A DNA stretch of 64,000 nucleotides from NCBI GenBank assembly GCA_013115145.1, contig JAAPAO010000026.1:60694-124693 (forward strand). The letters run 5' to 3'. Both the position numbers and the translations under genes were made by a program. Under the pieces are notes generated by a model. The model was not told the origin of the DNA and ran no database searches. It saw only the letters and a list, made by a program, of their open reading frames with translations. Source of the stretch: Perkinsus chesapeaki ATCC PRA-425 (lineage: Eukaryota; Protista; Perkinsozoa). This document shows, in pieces, positions 1 through 11,988 of the stretch; position 1 is the stretch's first letter; the number at the start of each line of letters is the position of its first letter.

Positions 1-1838
1 CGAAGAAGTGGCCTTCCAAGTGCCGGCGAAGATGATAAAAGTATCACATTCCTTTGGAGACATCATCCATCCCCTTACTGGCATATCGATAATCTTCGGC
101 TTTTCCACTATCACCACCTTCGCCGCCTCAGGTTGCTGTGGCTCTGGGCTCTTTAAACACCTCTCCCGCGAGCGGGCCTCCTCCTTCCCATTATTCCCCT
201 CCTCCTTCCCATTATTCCCCTCCTCTTTCCCATTATTCCCCTCCTCTTTCCCATTATTCCCCTCCTCCTTGCCATCATTGCCCTCCAGCACAGTTACTTC
301 ACTTGCCGGTCTAGCTATTTCTGTATTATCGGATTTCGCTGGGCTACTTGCAGCATTAATTCGTTCCATCTCCTACTATCACAGTTAATGATCCCAATAA
401 CCACCCCCTCTCACATCTCACCTTTTCTGCTAGTATCATATCCCTAGCTTCACGATTGTGTTTCTCAACATACGACATAACTGCCTCCAGTGCCTTGTCG
501 AATTCGGATTTCTCACCGATTGGCTTCGGCATCTCCTCAACAGCAACTGGACCCTTCAAAGGGCCCTTCTTCCTTGGCGTATGCTTCTTAGGACTTTTAT
601 CCTCTCTAACATCAGCCCGAGGTGTCTTCTCTTTAGGAGGGGTTAGTGAGGAGAGTGGTATGGTCCAAGATACAGGTGCTGCTGCTGGAGGTGTGGTAGA
701 GATGACCTATCACCACATCCGAAGATCCACCCGAACTCATTCCCCCGGGGAGCGTGATAGGAGCTATGTTCTTAGCGGGAAGATGACCATTAAATATAAG
801 AATGAGGATTCCCTTTGAGCCTAGTACACAACTGCAGGATGCGTGGCTACCTGTGAGCTGGGCAGCGGCGGCGGCGGTGTTGTTGTTGCAGATGGCTTGG
901 TAAAACGAGGAGATGGTCCAACAACGATCTTTTCAGCCTATAATTCACCATCCAACTAACTTTTCTTCATTACCTCCTTTCCCCTTGACAATTCCTGCTC
1001 ACACTCCTCCAACACTTCCTTCGATAGCCTAATGTATCCTGTTCACCCTCTCCCCTATACATATATGTCTACTTTTGATCATCCATAAACTTTTTTTCTG
1101 CCTCCTTATAATGCTTTATCTCCTTATTAAGTGCCAACAGCTGAGCTTCATACTCCTTCATTAACATATCCTTCTCCATCTTGTGCTGTATAGAGTAAAT
1201 ACCACTAAACCATGGCCAGTGTACCCACTTTCGCCTTAGTCAATTTGATCCATTCCTTAACCTTCCCTAATCTCCCTATATAAGTCTCCCGTTGATCCTG
1301 ACCATCCCCTCTTCCCTGCCTCCTACTACTCCACACCTACCTCCCATTTGTTCCTCGACGCTCTGAGCTCTTTCAGCTCCCCGCGTAGCTGCTGATTTCG
1401 ATCATTAACCGACGCCACCTATACGTTACAAAGTCCTTATTATTGATATCAATACTACCATTTCAAACGTAATCTCATTAGCAATGTCTGTTGAGTAACC
1501 CTATTACCTCTGTCTCCAGTTTCTTAACTTTGAACGCTAATGCCACACACCTCCTACATGTCCCATCTTCTTGATTACTAATCATATCTAATAGTACCCT
1601 ACCACCCTACCCATCACAACAGTATTACCCATAGCTTCAGTATGTGGCAAATGAGAGCGTATAGCACTCAAAGCCTTCCTAATCCTTAAAGTCAATATCT
1701 ACCAATGAGCTCGAGAAGATTCATACCAAGCCCACCAACCTCTGGCGAGGATGTCGTATCATTCTCGAGTGTCTCATTCCTGACTGGTGTCTCTGGTACT
1801 ACCTTAACAGATCGAGGAACAGGGGAACGCGAAGTCAT
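1..1838 (-). CDS. Multi-exon hypothetical protein (coiled-coil and low-complexity), 3' end runs off the window
   Basis: ATG at 1838 (MTSRSPVPRSVKVVPETP). Open minus-strand segments separated by GT-AG introns, e.g. ...KSEFDKALEAVMSYVEKHNREARDMILAEK and (EEGNNGK)n. No recognisable domain. Confidence 0.55.
177..281. repeat. 21-bp coding tandem repeat, about 5 units (CCTCCTCCTTCCCATTATTCC), encoding EEGNNGK on the minus strand
   Basis: Directly visible, period 21 (a multiple of 3), last unit degenerate. Confidence 0.9.
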
Positions 1839-1951
1839 AGAAAAGGCAATGTCCTGATGAAAGATTGAGTTAGCACTAACCAAAGCAGCACTTCAAGGAG
1901 CATACACAACGAGAACAACAGACATATTCATGTCGACTGTGATGGTCATCA

Positions 1952-3402
1952 TTACTTCTTCTTTTTACCACCCTTCTTTCCTTTACTACCCTTCTTCCCT
2001 TTACTTGCCCCTAATGCCTACCAACAGCTATCCTATACCCCCCATTCTGACTACTGCTAGATACTCTACCTGTTCCAATGCTTCTAATGTAGTAGGTGAG
2101 CATCGTTCTGTCACTAATACCTCCTTAACGTGTGATAACCCTATCAAACCCTGTACTATACGTTGAGCACCGAAATCAGTGAAGAAATTGCCACTTAAAT
2201 CGTATCTATTACCGCCACTTTACCCAACCACCACCTTCTACTACTACCGTTCAATAGAGGTGCACGTCTGAAATGTAGCCATTATTTCTGACAGCACTTG
2301 CTCTCTTTCTTCTATTTTATTATCAGCCACATTCACCACCTTGCAACATCAGCTGTAAAATGCACCCCTTCCCCTATACTCCTCTACTTTGAGTTTTTTC
2401 GCTCGGCGTCCGCCTCGAGATAACAACTCCACCAGCCCTTCTGCGAGAAGCCTGTTGCCCCGTAGATTGAGATCTTCAATAATACTATAATACAGACAAA
2501 TAAGACCAAGGCATGCGAGAGTAAGCCTACCAATTAACAAACATTAGTATTAAGGAGAGATACTGGGCACCATCGGGGCCTATGTCGCAGTACTGAAGGC
2601 TAAGGCCTCGTATAGAGCCATTCTGGGATAAACCTGCTGTACACATGCAGGTTAAAGCAGCAGCACTATGAGGCTAGGCACTACCTTCTGCTAGTGCTTC
2701 AACCCCAGCGGAACCGAATTTATTATGATCCAGTCTCAGCAAGGAGATGGACTTGTAACCATTATGGCCGAGACTGCGCCCCAGTATAGAGCACCCAAGA
2801 CCTGACAAGAGCCATTGATAAGACAACTGATGATAGGGGGTTTACTGCTTATGAGGCCGTCTGTTATTTGAAGATCTTCAATAATACATCCACCGAACTG
2901 ATAACAATATAACGGGACGGATTGGTGATGATGCCTACCTTGGGGTCAGCGGGCATATCAAGATAGTTACACACACTCCTCACACCTTCATCACCCATAA
3001 CACACTTCCATAACCTTAACGCTTTAAACTTATTGTAGTTGGACTGCCTCAATGCCTAACCAACCGGGAGCGAACAATGAGCAAGAGAAGGACGAGGATG
3101 CCCAGAGACTACGTACCTCGCAGGTGATCCTAAATGACATTATATCCTGAGGACCGTGGAAATTCCAAGCCGGCAACTCTTCCCTGAAAATCGGCTCAAC
3201 CGGTCTAATCCGCCAGACCAGTCGGTTACTACCCTTCCTCTAGTATTGTGCTGATGATTGCCTCTAATTGAGGGAACCTAGGTAGTTCAAAGTCCTTCTG
3301 TAATTTCCGAAGCTTCTTCATAAACTCTTCAAATAGATCCACCTCATCCTCCCCCGCAGCTGCTGCTGCTTTCTTAGGTGCTGCCTTCTTCTTAGGGCCC
3401 AT
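1952..3402 (-). CDS. Leucine-rich repeat protein (RNI-like LRRs), multi-exon
   Basis: MGPKKKAAPKK start. LRR segments KALRLWKCVMGDEGVRSVC, LSLQYCDIGPDGAQYL, EDLNLRGNRLLAEG, DLSGNFFTDFGAQRI. Basic tail KGKKGSKEKKGGKKKK* with stop at 1952. Confidence 0.8.
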
Positions 3403-3791
3403 TAAGTACTTACTATAAGCCAATAATACCATGATTAACAGCTCAACATGGTAAGGGTATTAGGAAACGAACTATACTAGTGACAGGCAGATAGTAGGAA
3501 TACAGGCAGGCGGGCAGCAGGGAGGGTCTTTGACAATTGAGTAATATAGGAGCAGCTTTGTAGTACTAGCCCAGGTTACAGCAACAACAACATAAACCAT
3601 AGATGAGGGATAATGGTTACAGCAACAGCGGCAGGAAACAACACTTAACCAGAAACATCAACACTTCTAATACTAGGACAGTCGTTATACGGTATTCCCT
3701 CCCCTTCACCATCCTCATCATCAACTAAGACACCACCACCTACTACGCAATGGTATGTTGTAGAAGTAATAACTATTATGATAAATTAACT

Positions 3792-4885
3792 CTAAGAACT
3801 AGTAGAGGGCTCTGGTTGGAATGAGTACATAGAAGCGGTGCTCTAAACAACAAATGGACAACAAGACAATATAAAACAACCTCTTACCGCATCTAGATTA
3901 GCCTCTGATGAGAATGAACTGGGAGAAGAGCCTCCTTCACTCTGCTGCTGCTCCTGTCCAGCTACTTCCTCATGTTTCCGCCCCCATAAACCACCTAACC
4001 CAGATAACACTGAACCATCCTTTGCTGCGGCCTCGGCAGTCTTCTTTGCCTAATAACAGATAAGCAAAACCAGTGTAATGTAATAATACCGCATTATGCT
4101 TGTCCTGATACTCCTTTACTAGCTTCTCCTGCTGCATTTGCATTAAAGCCTGTTCCCTAACAACAACAACAACCCCATCCCCCCTTCGGTAGCCCCCCTC
4201 CTCGGCCTCCCTTACCTTGGTGTTTGTGATGAGCTCTTCATCAACAATGCTGATACCCCTTCTATAATAGCTAATAGTATGCCACCAACTACAGCATTTT
4301 TACTAGCTGTTTTCCATCCGCCTCTAGCGGCCAGTACACCTATCATAAAGGCATCTATTACCACCAACAACGCACACTGGATCCCCCCATCCACATTCCC
4401 TTTGCTCCCCCTCCCTCACACCCCCCTCTACTCACCACCAGTCAAGAATCCGGAAGCAATAGCATTCCAGTGATCATCCCTCTGACGGATATACCTGATA
4501 GCTCTTGTCGATACTACTATAGATAATGTCCTACTGTAAACTGCAATCAAACGCCGAAAAGGTACCGCCCCATACAGCAAAACTGGTGCCAAGTATCGGT
4601 GCCCGCGTCTTTGCCGAATACAACGCTCCTAGGGAATAATACAATTAATCCAGGATGATGATGATGCAATACCGTGTAGACGCTCGCCTCGGGGTGAGTT
4701 CCGAGCTCCCTTCACGAAATGCCAAAGGAAGCCACCGACACATCCCATTCCGAATGCACCACCTGAAGGGGGATGTGGACAGGTCTGAGGCGAGGAGGAG
4801 GAGTAGTACCAAGATCCTCTACTATCCTATCTGGACAGGGCTCTCTTGCTGCATCACGATCGGAATCACGGACCTCACGCGTCAT
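3792..4885 (-). CDS. TIM17: Mitochondrial inner membrane translocase subunit Tim17
   Basis: [63 protein letters not shown] and [29 protein letters not shown] across GT-AG-separated exons. Confidence 0.92.
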
Positions 4886-5110
4886 AGGTAAAAGAAAAGG
4901 AGGAGGAGGGCAACAACAGCAACGTTGAAGAAAAACTAAAAGATGCATCAAAGGTGATAGAACTCAAGAAATGAAATATAACAAGGAATACAGGAACATG
5001 ATGGCTACATGGTAAAAGTAGTATTAAACTTCAAATTCACCAACGGGAATGTCATCACCACCAGGTTGGATTATACGCTCAACACTGGGCAGTCTGGGGA
5101 TTTCACGAAC

Positions 5111-6189
5111 CTAAAACAACAGTGCTCTAGTAGCTCGATAGTATATCCTATTTAGTACCCTATCCTCCTCTTGGTTATCATCATCCCCCAAATTAACAAA
5201 GGAATTGCTCTTACCTTTTAGTAAAGGAACATCCTCGGTGTACTCAGCCTCAGACGTATCGCCTACTAAACGATGGCAGATATAAACCCCATGTACTACC
5301 TGATCCTGCATCATCATCATCATCCTTTCCTGTGGTAAACTGGTTAGCAAGTATCCACAAGGACATAGCAGCACAGAAGGTAGCTGTCAGCCCTCCGAAA
5401 AATGCTTTTAACCATATCTACATGACGAGCGTGATACTTGAATGAAGCGAGTTCGTTACCAATGTTAGTCTATGCCATATTTTGCCAGTAGCTTTGGACT
5501 CCGCAACACCTAGTACTATTGCTATTGGAAGAGCCATGAACTAAAAGAGCCTTCCTACTGCCAGGGTGTTTAGCGGCTTACCAGTGCGAATCCTATACCG
5601 ACAATAAAGCCCCCTCTAACCTGATGCAACAAGGCTTGCCCTAAGCAAAGTCAATGCTAAAGGGAAATCCTAGGGTAATACCACGGCCGACTGGGTCACG
5701 GGGATCGGAGACGAACAAGGGACGATGAGTGAACCACCATGGCATGGAAATAGGGTACTTAGGAAGGGATGATGGCTTTATCCTTAATGGTGATCTGAGA
5801 GGGTATACTAGAGACAAGATTAGACGGAAATATGGTACCCAATAACAAGATCACGCATTGCCAAGGATGGTGATAGTATCCAAGTAACAATACATGTTAC
5901 TATAGCAGTAACCACAAGGTCCCCACCAAGGGTATCAGGGAATGACCATACCTCTGAAATGGGAATGCTTTCTCTATTAACGTGTCCCCTACTAGTAGCA
6001 GCAGCCTTCTGTTCAGTGTACATAGCTGATGCTATTAATGCATTGACAGTACCAGATATGGCAGTAGTAATAACAAGTGTTATAAGCTGAAGGATATAAT
6101 AGGTCGATAATCAATATACCCCTTCGTACAACATATAATCTCCACGGTAGGGTTATACCGCTCTTTCCCTGTTCCGTTGTTGCCTCCAT
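5111..6189 (-). CDS. Uncharacterised multi-pass membrane protein
   Basis: MEATTEQGKSGITLPWRLYVV start. Hydrophobic exons ISGTVNALIASAMY and FPDTLGGDLVVTAIVTCIVTWIL. 3' end approximate. Confidence 0.6.
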
Positions 6190-6703
6190 TAATACAATAA
6201 CACTACAGGAATAACCATCTTACCACCGCCGACCGCTACTATTAACATATCAGTTGGACCGCACACTCATCACAGCACTCAAATGACCTGATAACCTAAA
6301 GCTTCCAAATTGCTAAGAGACACTACAGATCTTCCTACAGGCCACGATAGTCACTTTATACCTGAGCTGACCAAAACATACCATACACTGTATTGATAAA
6401 CACCCAACCGCTCCTCGACGGCCGAGGCTCAATAGTAATCTTGAAGTCTTGAGGTCTTGTATTTCCTTAACGCCACTGAGCCGGTATCGAAAATGAAGTC
6501 TCCAAATGTTCTCGTCTCCTAAACATGTTTTAGGATTGTCTCAAGGGGTTATTATGGTGCACAATAGTCTTTCTCGGTGACCATTCGCCGATGCACTGAA
6601 AACCACTCCGTTAAAGTTCGTTTGGATTCCCGAGTTTTATTGTGAACTGCCGATTTGGTGATGGCTCTCACTGCCGGTAGCTTTTCTTCCTTGACAGTTG
6701 TAA

Positions 6704-8041
6704 ATGGCATCCAAGATCGTCTCTGTCCGTGCTCGGGAGATTATCGACTCACGTGGTAACCCTACTGTTGAAGTCGACCTCATCACCGATAAGGGTATGT
6801 TCCGCGCTGCCGTTCCCTCTGGTGCTTCCACTGGTGTCTATGAGGCTCTTGAACTCCGTGATGGCGACAAGTCTAGGTATCTCGGTAAGGGTGTACAAAA
6901 GGCCATCAGCAACGTTAACGATATCATCGCCCCCGCTCTTATTGGTAAGGACGTCACCGACCAGGCCGGTATCGATAAGTTGATGGTTGAGCAATTGGAT
7001 GGTACCCAGAACGAGTGGGGCTGGTGCAAGGCCAAACTCGGTGCCAACGCCATCCTTGCCGTCTCCATGGCTGTCTGCCGTGCTGGTGCCGCTGCTAAGA
7101 ATGTCCCTCTGTATAAGCACATCGCCGAGATCGGAGGGAAGCGCTCTGATCAGTTCACGATGCCAGTACCTTCATTTAACGTCATCAATGGAGGCTCTCA
7201 CGCAGGCAACCGCCTTGCTTGCCAAGAATTCATGATCCTTCCTGTCGGTGCTACATCTTTTAAACAAGCTATGCAAATTGGTGCCGAGGTTTACCACAGC
7301 CTTAAGAAGGTCATCAAAGCAAAGTACGGTCAGGACGCTACCAACGTCGGTGATGAAGGTGGATTTGCTGTGCCTGTCCAAGACAATAATGAGGCTTTGG
7401 ATGTTCTTATGGCTGCTATTAGAGATGCTGGCCATGAGGACACAGTTAAGCTAGGGACCGATGTGGCTGCTTCTGAGTTCTATGTGGCTGATAATGGCAA
7501 GTACGACCTCGACTTCAAGAATCCTAACAAAGATGCTTCACAGCACAAGACAGCTGATGAAATGATTGAATACTATAAGAATTGGTTCAGCTCATATCCC
7601 TTCGTATCCATTGAAGATCCCTTCGATCAAGATGATTGGTCCGCTTATACCAAATTCGAAGCCGAGTGTGGCAGTAACGTTCAAATTGTTGGTGATGATC
7701 TGCTTGTCACCAATCCAAAGCGTGTCAAGAAGGCGATTGACGAGAAGGCCTGTAACGCTCTCCTATTGAAAGTGAATCAAATTGGTTCAGTCACCGAGGC
7801 CATTGAGGCCAGCAATATGGCTGCTGCTCAAGGCTGGGGTGTTATGGTATCTCATCGTTCAGGTGAGACTGAGGACACTTTCATCGCTGATCTGGTGGTT
7901 GGACTTGGAACTGGCGAGATCAAGACCGGTGCCCCTTGCCGTTCTGAGAGGCTTGCCAAATACAACCAGCTTATGCGTATCGAGGAGGAGCTCGGGGCAG
8001 CTGCTGTCTATGCTGGAAAGAACTTCCGCAATGCTCAGTAA
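6704..8041 (+). CDS. ENO: Enolase, copy 1 (445 aa, intronless, intact)
   Basis: [24 protein letters not shown] insert, [13 protein letters not shown] and SHRSGETED are all present. Confidence 0.98.
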   Translation: MASKIVSVRAREIIDSRGNPTVEVDLITDKGMFRAAVPSGASTGVYEALELRDGDKSRYLGKGVQKAISNVNDIIAPALIGKDVTDQAGIDKLMVEQLDGTQNEWGWCKAKLGANAILAVSMAVCRAGAAAKNVPLYKHIAEIGGKRSDQFTMPVPSFNVINGGSHAGNRLACQEFMILPVGATSFKQAMQIGAEVYHSLKKVIKAKYGQDATNVGDEGGFAVPVQDNNEALDVLMAAIRDAGHEDTVKLGTDVAASEFYVADNGKYDLDFKNPNKDASQHKTADEMIEYYKNWFSSYPFVSIEDPFDQDDWSAYTKFEAECGSNVQIVGDDLLVTNPKRVKKAIDEKACNALLLKVNQIGSVTEAIEASNMAAAQGWGVMVSHRSGETEDTFIADLVVGLGTGEIKTGAPCRSERLAKYNQLMRIEEELGAAAVYAGKNFRNAQ

Positions 8042-8419
8042 AACATTTGTGATAACTACCATGTTTTTATAACTCATGATTCATCATATACCGAAGTGTG
8101 TAGTGCCTATTTAGTAAGCGTTCGAGTTGTTAGTACCGTCAATGAAGTACAAGAAAGATAATCAAAAACGTCGAGAAAGTAGTCCTGTGGAGTGAAGCTC
8201 ACTGTATTGTTCTTGCTGGCGGCTTGACATGGTGATTCTGCTGTTTCAAAGGGGACAGCCAATTGTGTACACAACCCACCAATCGCGTACGAATCTTGCG
8301 TAGTAGGCTGTCCCTTTTAGTGTGTCAAGCTATGTCTAAGCTGTGTCAAGCCAATCGATCAGCTGCTTCAAAGTTCACAACGAACTTAGAGTTCATTCAA
8401 ACTTGTTATTCTTTACAAC

Positions 8420-9761
8420 ATGTCTACCATTACTGCCATCAAGGCCCGCGAGATCCTCGATTCTCGTGGCAACCCCACCGTAGAGGTGGACCTTTTCACT
8501 GACAAGGGCATGTTCCGCGCTGCCTGCCCTTCCGGTGCCTCCACTGGTGAGTTCGAGGCCGTCGAGCTCCGTGATGGTGACAAGACCCGTTTCCAGGGTA
8601 AGGGTGTCCTCAAGGCCGTTGAGAACGTCGAGAAGATCATCGCCCCCGCTCTTATTGGCAAGGACGTCACCGACCAGGCCGGTATTGATAAGTTGATGGT
8701 TGAGGAGTTGGATGGTACCCAGAACGAGTGGGGCTGGTGCAAGGCCAAGCTCGGTGCTAACGCCATCCTTTCCGTCTCCATGGCTGTCTGCCGTGCCGGT
8801 GCCGCTGCCTCTGGTATGCCTCTCTACAAGTACATCGCCAAGCTCGCTGGCAAGGACACTGAGAAGTTCACCATGCCCTGCCCCTGCTTCAACGTCATCA
8901 ACGGTGGTAAGCATGCCGGTAACCGTCTCGCTTGCCAGGAGTTCATGCTCGTCCCCTGCGGTGCTTCCTCCATCCACGAGGCCATCAGGATCGCCTCTGA
9001 GGTCTATCATGAGCTCAAGTCCGTGATCAAGGCCAAGTACGGTCAGGACGCCACTAACGTCGGTGATGAGGGTGGATTCGCCCCCAACATCCAGGATATG
9101 GATGAGGCCCTTTCCGTTCTCGAGGAGGCCATCAAGAAGTCCGGTCATGAGGATACCTGCCGTATTGGTTGCGATTTCGCCGCCTCTGAGCTCTATGACG
9201 CCAAGACTGGCAAGTACGATCTTGACTTCAAGAACCCCGAGCCCCATGCCGAGGCCGAGAAGACCGGTGATGAGATGATCGCCTACATGGAGGGTCTCAT
9301 CAACAAGTACCCCTTCGTCTTCATTGAGGATCCCTTCGATGAGAACGACTGGGCCACCTTCGCCAAGTTCACTGCCAAGGACGGTAAGGAGATCCAGATC
9401 GTTGGTGATGATCTTCTCGTGACCAACCCCAAGCGTATACAGAAGGGTATCGATGAGAAGGCTTGCAACGCTCTCCTTCTTGTCCATCCAGGCCAACAAC
9501 GAAGCCGTCAACGCCGGCTGGACCGTCATGGTTTCCCATCGTTCCGGTGAGACTGAGGATACCTTCATCGCTGATATCGTTGTCGGTCTCGGCACTGGCC
9601 AGATCAAGACTGGTGCTCCTTGCCGTACCGAGCGTCTTTGCAAGTACAACCAGCTCATGCGCATTGAGGAGGAGCTCGGCGATAAGGCCACTTATGCCGC
9701 CGGCAAGAACTTCCCTCGCTGCCAGAAGGGTTGCTGCGGTGCCTGCAAGTGCTCTCAGTAA
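8420..9761 (+). pseudogene. ENO: Enolase, copy 2, frameshifted by a 29-bp deletion after 9481 (pseudogene or assembly error)
   Basis: Colinear with copy 3 up to 9481. Lacks AAGGTCAACCAGATCGGTTCCGTCACTGA ([10 protein letters not shown]). The remaining enolase sequence continues in another frame (9453..9761) and ends [14 protein letters not shown]. Confidence 0.9.
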
Positions 9762-9900
9762 GCGCTAGATAGTATTTTTTTCGGGTGATATTCTTTCGGT
9801 TTATTACATTAGAGTATTCTTACCAAGGTTTAGGCCCTAATACAATTATCTTATGCGTTTATTTGTCAATTTGGGAGTGGGAAGGGTTAATTGGGCGAGG

Positions 9901-9931
9901 TGCGCATGCGTGCCCTCTTGCGCATGCGTGC
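9901..9931 (+). promoter_or_regulatory. Duplicated 13-mer TGCGCATGCGTGC upstream of enolase 3 (putative cis-element)
   Basis: Exact direct repeat at 9901-9913 and 9919-9931. The same 13-mer lies in sense orientation upstream of the P450 gene at 21920-21932. Confidence 0.45.
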
Positions 9932-10010
9932 TGGTTGTTGCCTTAGCTAAGCTTGTTGTTCTCTACAACTCGTTTGCTTCTGTGCAACGTTTTCGTCGCT
10001 ACTCTGAAAC

Positions 10011-11348
10011 ATGTCCAAGATCATCTCTGTTAAGGCTCGCGAGATCCTCGACTCTCGTGGTAACCCTACTGTTGAGGTCGACCTCGTAACTGATAAGGGC
10101 TTGTTTCGGGCTGCTTGCCCCTCTGGTGCTTCTACTGGTGAGTTCGAGGCCCTAGAGCTTCGTGATGGCGATAAGAAGCGCTTCGGAGGCAAGGGTGTTC
10201 TCAAGGCCGTTGACAATGTTAATAAGGTCATCGGCCCTGCCATCATCGGCAAGGACCCCACTGATCAAGTCGGCATTGATAAGTTGATGGTTGAGCAATT
10301 GGATGGTACCCAGAACGAGTGGGGCTGGTGCAAGGCCAAACTCGGTGCTAATGCCATCCTGGGTGTCTCCATGGCCGTCTGCCGTGCTGGTGCCGCTGCC
10401 TCTGGTATGCCTCTCTACAAGTACATCGCCAAGCTCGCTGGGAAGGACACTGAGAAGTTCACCATGCCCTGCCCCTGCTTCAACGTCATCAACGGTGGTA
10501 AGCATGCCGGTAACCGTCTCGCTTGCCAGGAGTTCATGCTCGTCCCCTGTGGTGCCACTTCCATTCATGAGGCCATCAGGATCGCAGCTGAAGTCTACCA
10601 TCAGTTGAAGTCTGTGATCAACGCCAAGTATGGTCAGGACGCCACCAACGTCGGTGATGAGGGTGGATTCGCCCCATCCATCCAGGATATGGATGAGGCC
10701 CTCAAGGTTCTCCAAGAGGCCATCAAGAAGTCTGGTCATGAGGATACCTGCCGCATCGGCTGTGATTTCGCCGCTTCGGAGTGTCTCGACAAGAAGACTG
10801 GAAAGTATGACCTCGACTTCAAGAACAGCAAGCCCCACCCTGAGGCCGAAAAGACTGGTGATGAGATGGTTACTTATCTCGAGGACCTTATCAACAAATA
10901 CCCCTTCGTATTCCTGGAGGATCCCTTCGATGAGAATGATTGGTCTACCTTCGCCAAGTTCACTGCCAAGGACGGTAAGAGCATCCAGATCGTTGGTGAT
11001 GATCTTCTCGTGACCAACCCCAAGCGTATCCAGAAGGGTATCGATGAGAAGGCTTGCAACGCTCTCCTTCTTAAGGTCAACCAGATCGGTTCCGTCACTG
11101 AGTCCATCCAAGCCAACAACGAAGCCGTCAACGCCGGCTGGACCGTGATGGTGTCCCATCGTTCCGGTGAGACTGAGGATACCTTCATCGCTGATCTCGT
11201 CGTCGGTCTCGGCACTGGACAGATCAAGACTGGTGCTCCTTGCCGTACCGAGCGTCTCTGCAAGTACAACCAGCTCATGCGTATTGAGGAAGAGCTCGGC
11301 AGCAAGGCTTCCTTCGCTGCTGGTAGGAACTTCCCCCGCTGCAAGTAG
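10011..11348 (+). CDS. ENO: Enolase, copy 3 (445 aa, intronless, intact)
   Basis: All catalytic motifs present. CPSGASTG variant and EWGWC insert. Confidence 0.98.
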   Translation: MSKIISVKAREILDSRGNPTVEVDLVTDKGLFRAACPSGASTGEFEALELRDGDKKRFGGKGVLKAVDNVNKVIGPAIIGKDPTDQVGIDKLMVEQLDGTQNEWGWCKAKLGANAILGVSMAVCRAGAAASGMPLYKYIAKLAGKDTEKFTMPCPCFNVINGGKHAGNRLACQEFMLVPCGATSIHEAIRIAAEVYHQLKSVINAKYGQDATNVGDEGGFAPSIQDMDEALKVLQEAIKKSGHEDTCRIGCDFAASECLDKKTGKYDLDFKNSKPHPEAEKTGDEMVTYLEDLINKYPFVFLEDPFDENDWSTFAKFTAKDGKSIQIVGDDLLVTNPKRIQKGIDEKACNALLLKVNQIGSVTESIQANNEAVNAGWTVMVSHRSGETEDTFIADLVVGLGTGQIKTGAPCRTERLCKYNQLMRIEEELGSKASFAAGRNFPRCK

Positions 11349-11988
11349 GGTGGACGTGAGTGTTCCTGTGAGCTTCTAGCTCATTATCCTTAACTAAAAC
11401 GTCCAGTTATCAGGATTTATTTATCTAGATTGTCGAGTAAGATGTACTGGGTGAGTACTAGGGAAGGTTAATGTTATTGGTATGCGATCCATTCTTCGAG
11501 TTATGGTTAATCTATGGATTGTCTCCAGATTATTACTGTTACATGATCGAGTTTCGCGTTCATAGTTGTAACCTCACACTAGCGCATAAAAGCACCCAAG
11601 CGTGAACGCAGGGTTTCAAACTCACGAGTTGTTCAAAACATTCTCGCTGCGTCTAGCATGGCAAAAGACAGCGATTCTGATTATCTCATTCAAATTATCT
11701 TCACGCATTCTCATTGGTCTAATTTTTCTTACTTTTGAACCATTGTGGGTAAATGTTGCAAAATTACAAACATATGTATCGTACTAACACAATCGTTCAG
11801 CGCAAGGCGATACAGCTTCACAGTGGTGCGATGGATAAGCGATGAAGGCGCTTTACAGTGAGCTGTATGTGAAGTCATGTTACACTTATAAAACACAATG
11901 TCGTCTGTCAGCTCAAAGAGGCGAAGTTTGATTTCGCCGAGTTGATATGAAAGTTCCATAATGGGAGTAGGTTAGAGGTTTACTGGTG

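Noticed and set aside
177-281. Short direct repeats as a possible CRISPR array
   Set aside because: Contiguous 21-bp units with no spacers, inside a eukaryotic coding exon, and no cas genes.
8-388. Plus-strand ORF with SSFPLFP repeats
   Set aside because: Antisense reading of the EEGNNGK repeat in the minus-strand gene.
8393-9691. 432-aa antisense ORF over enolase 2 (likewise 10152-11159 and 6749-7120)
   Set aside because: Shadow ORFs expected from the strong codon bias of the sense gene. No independent protein signature.
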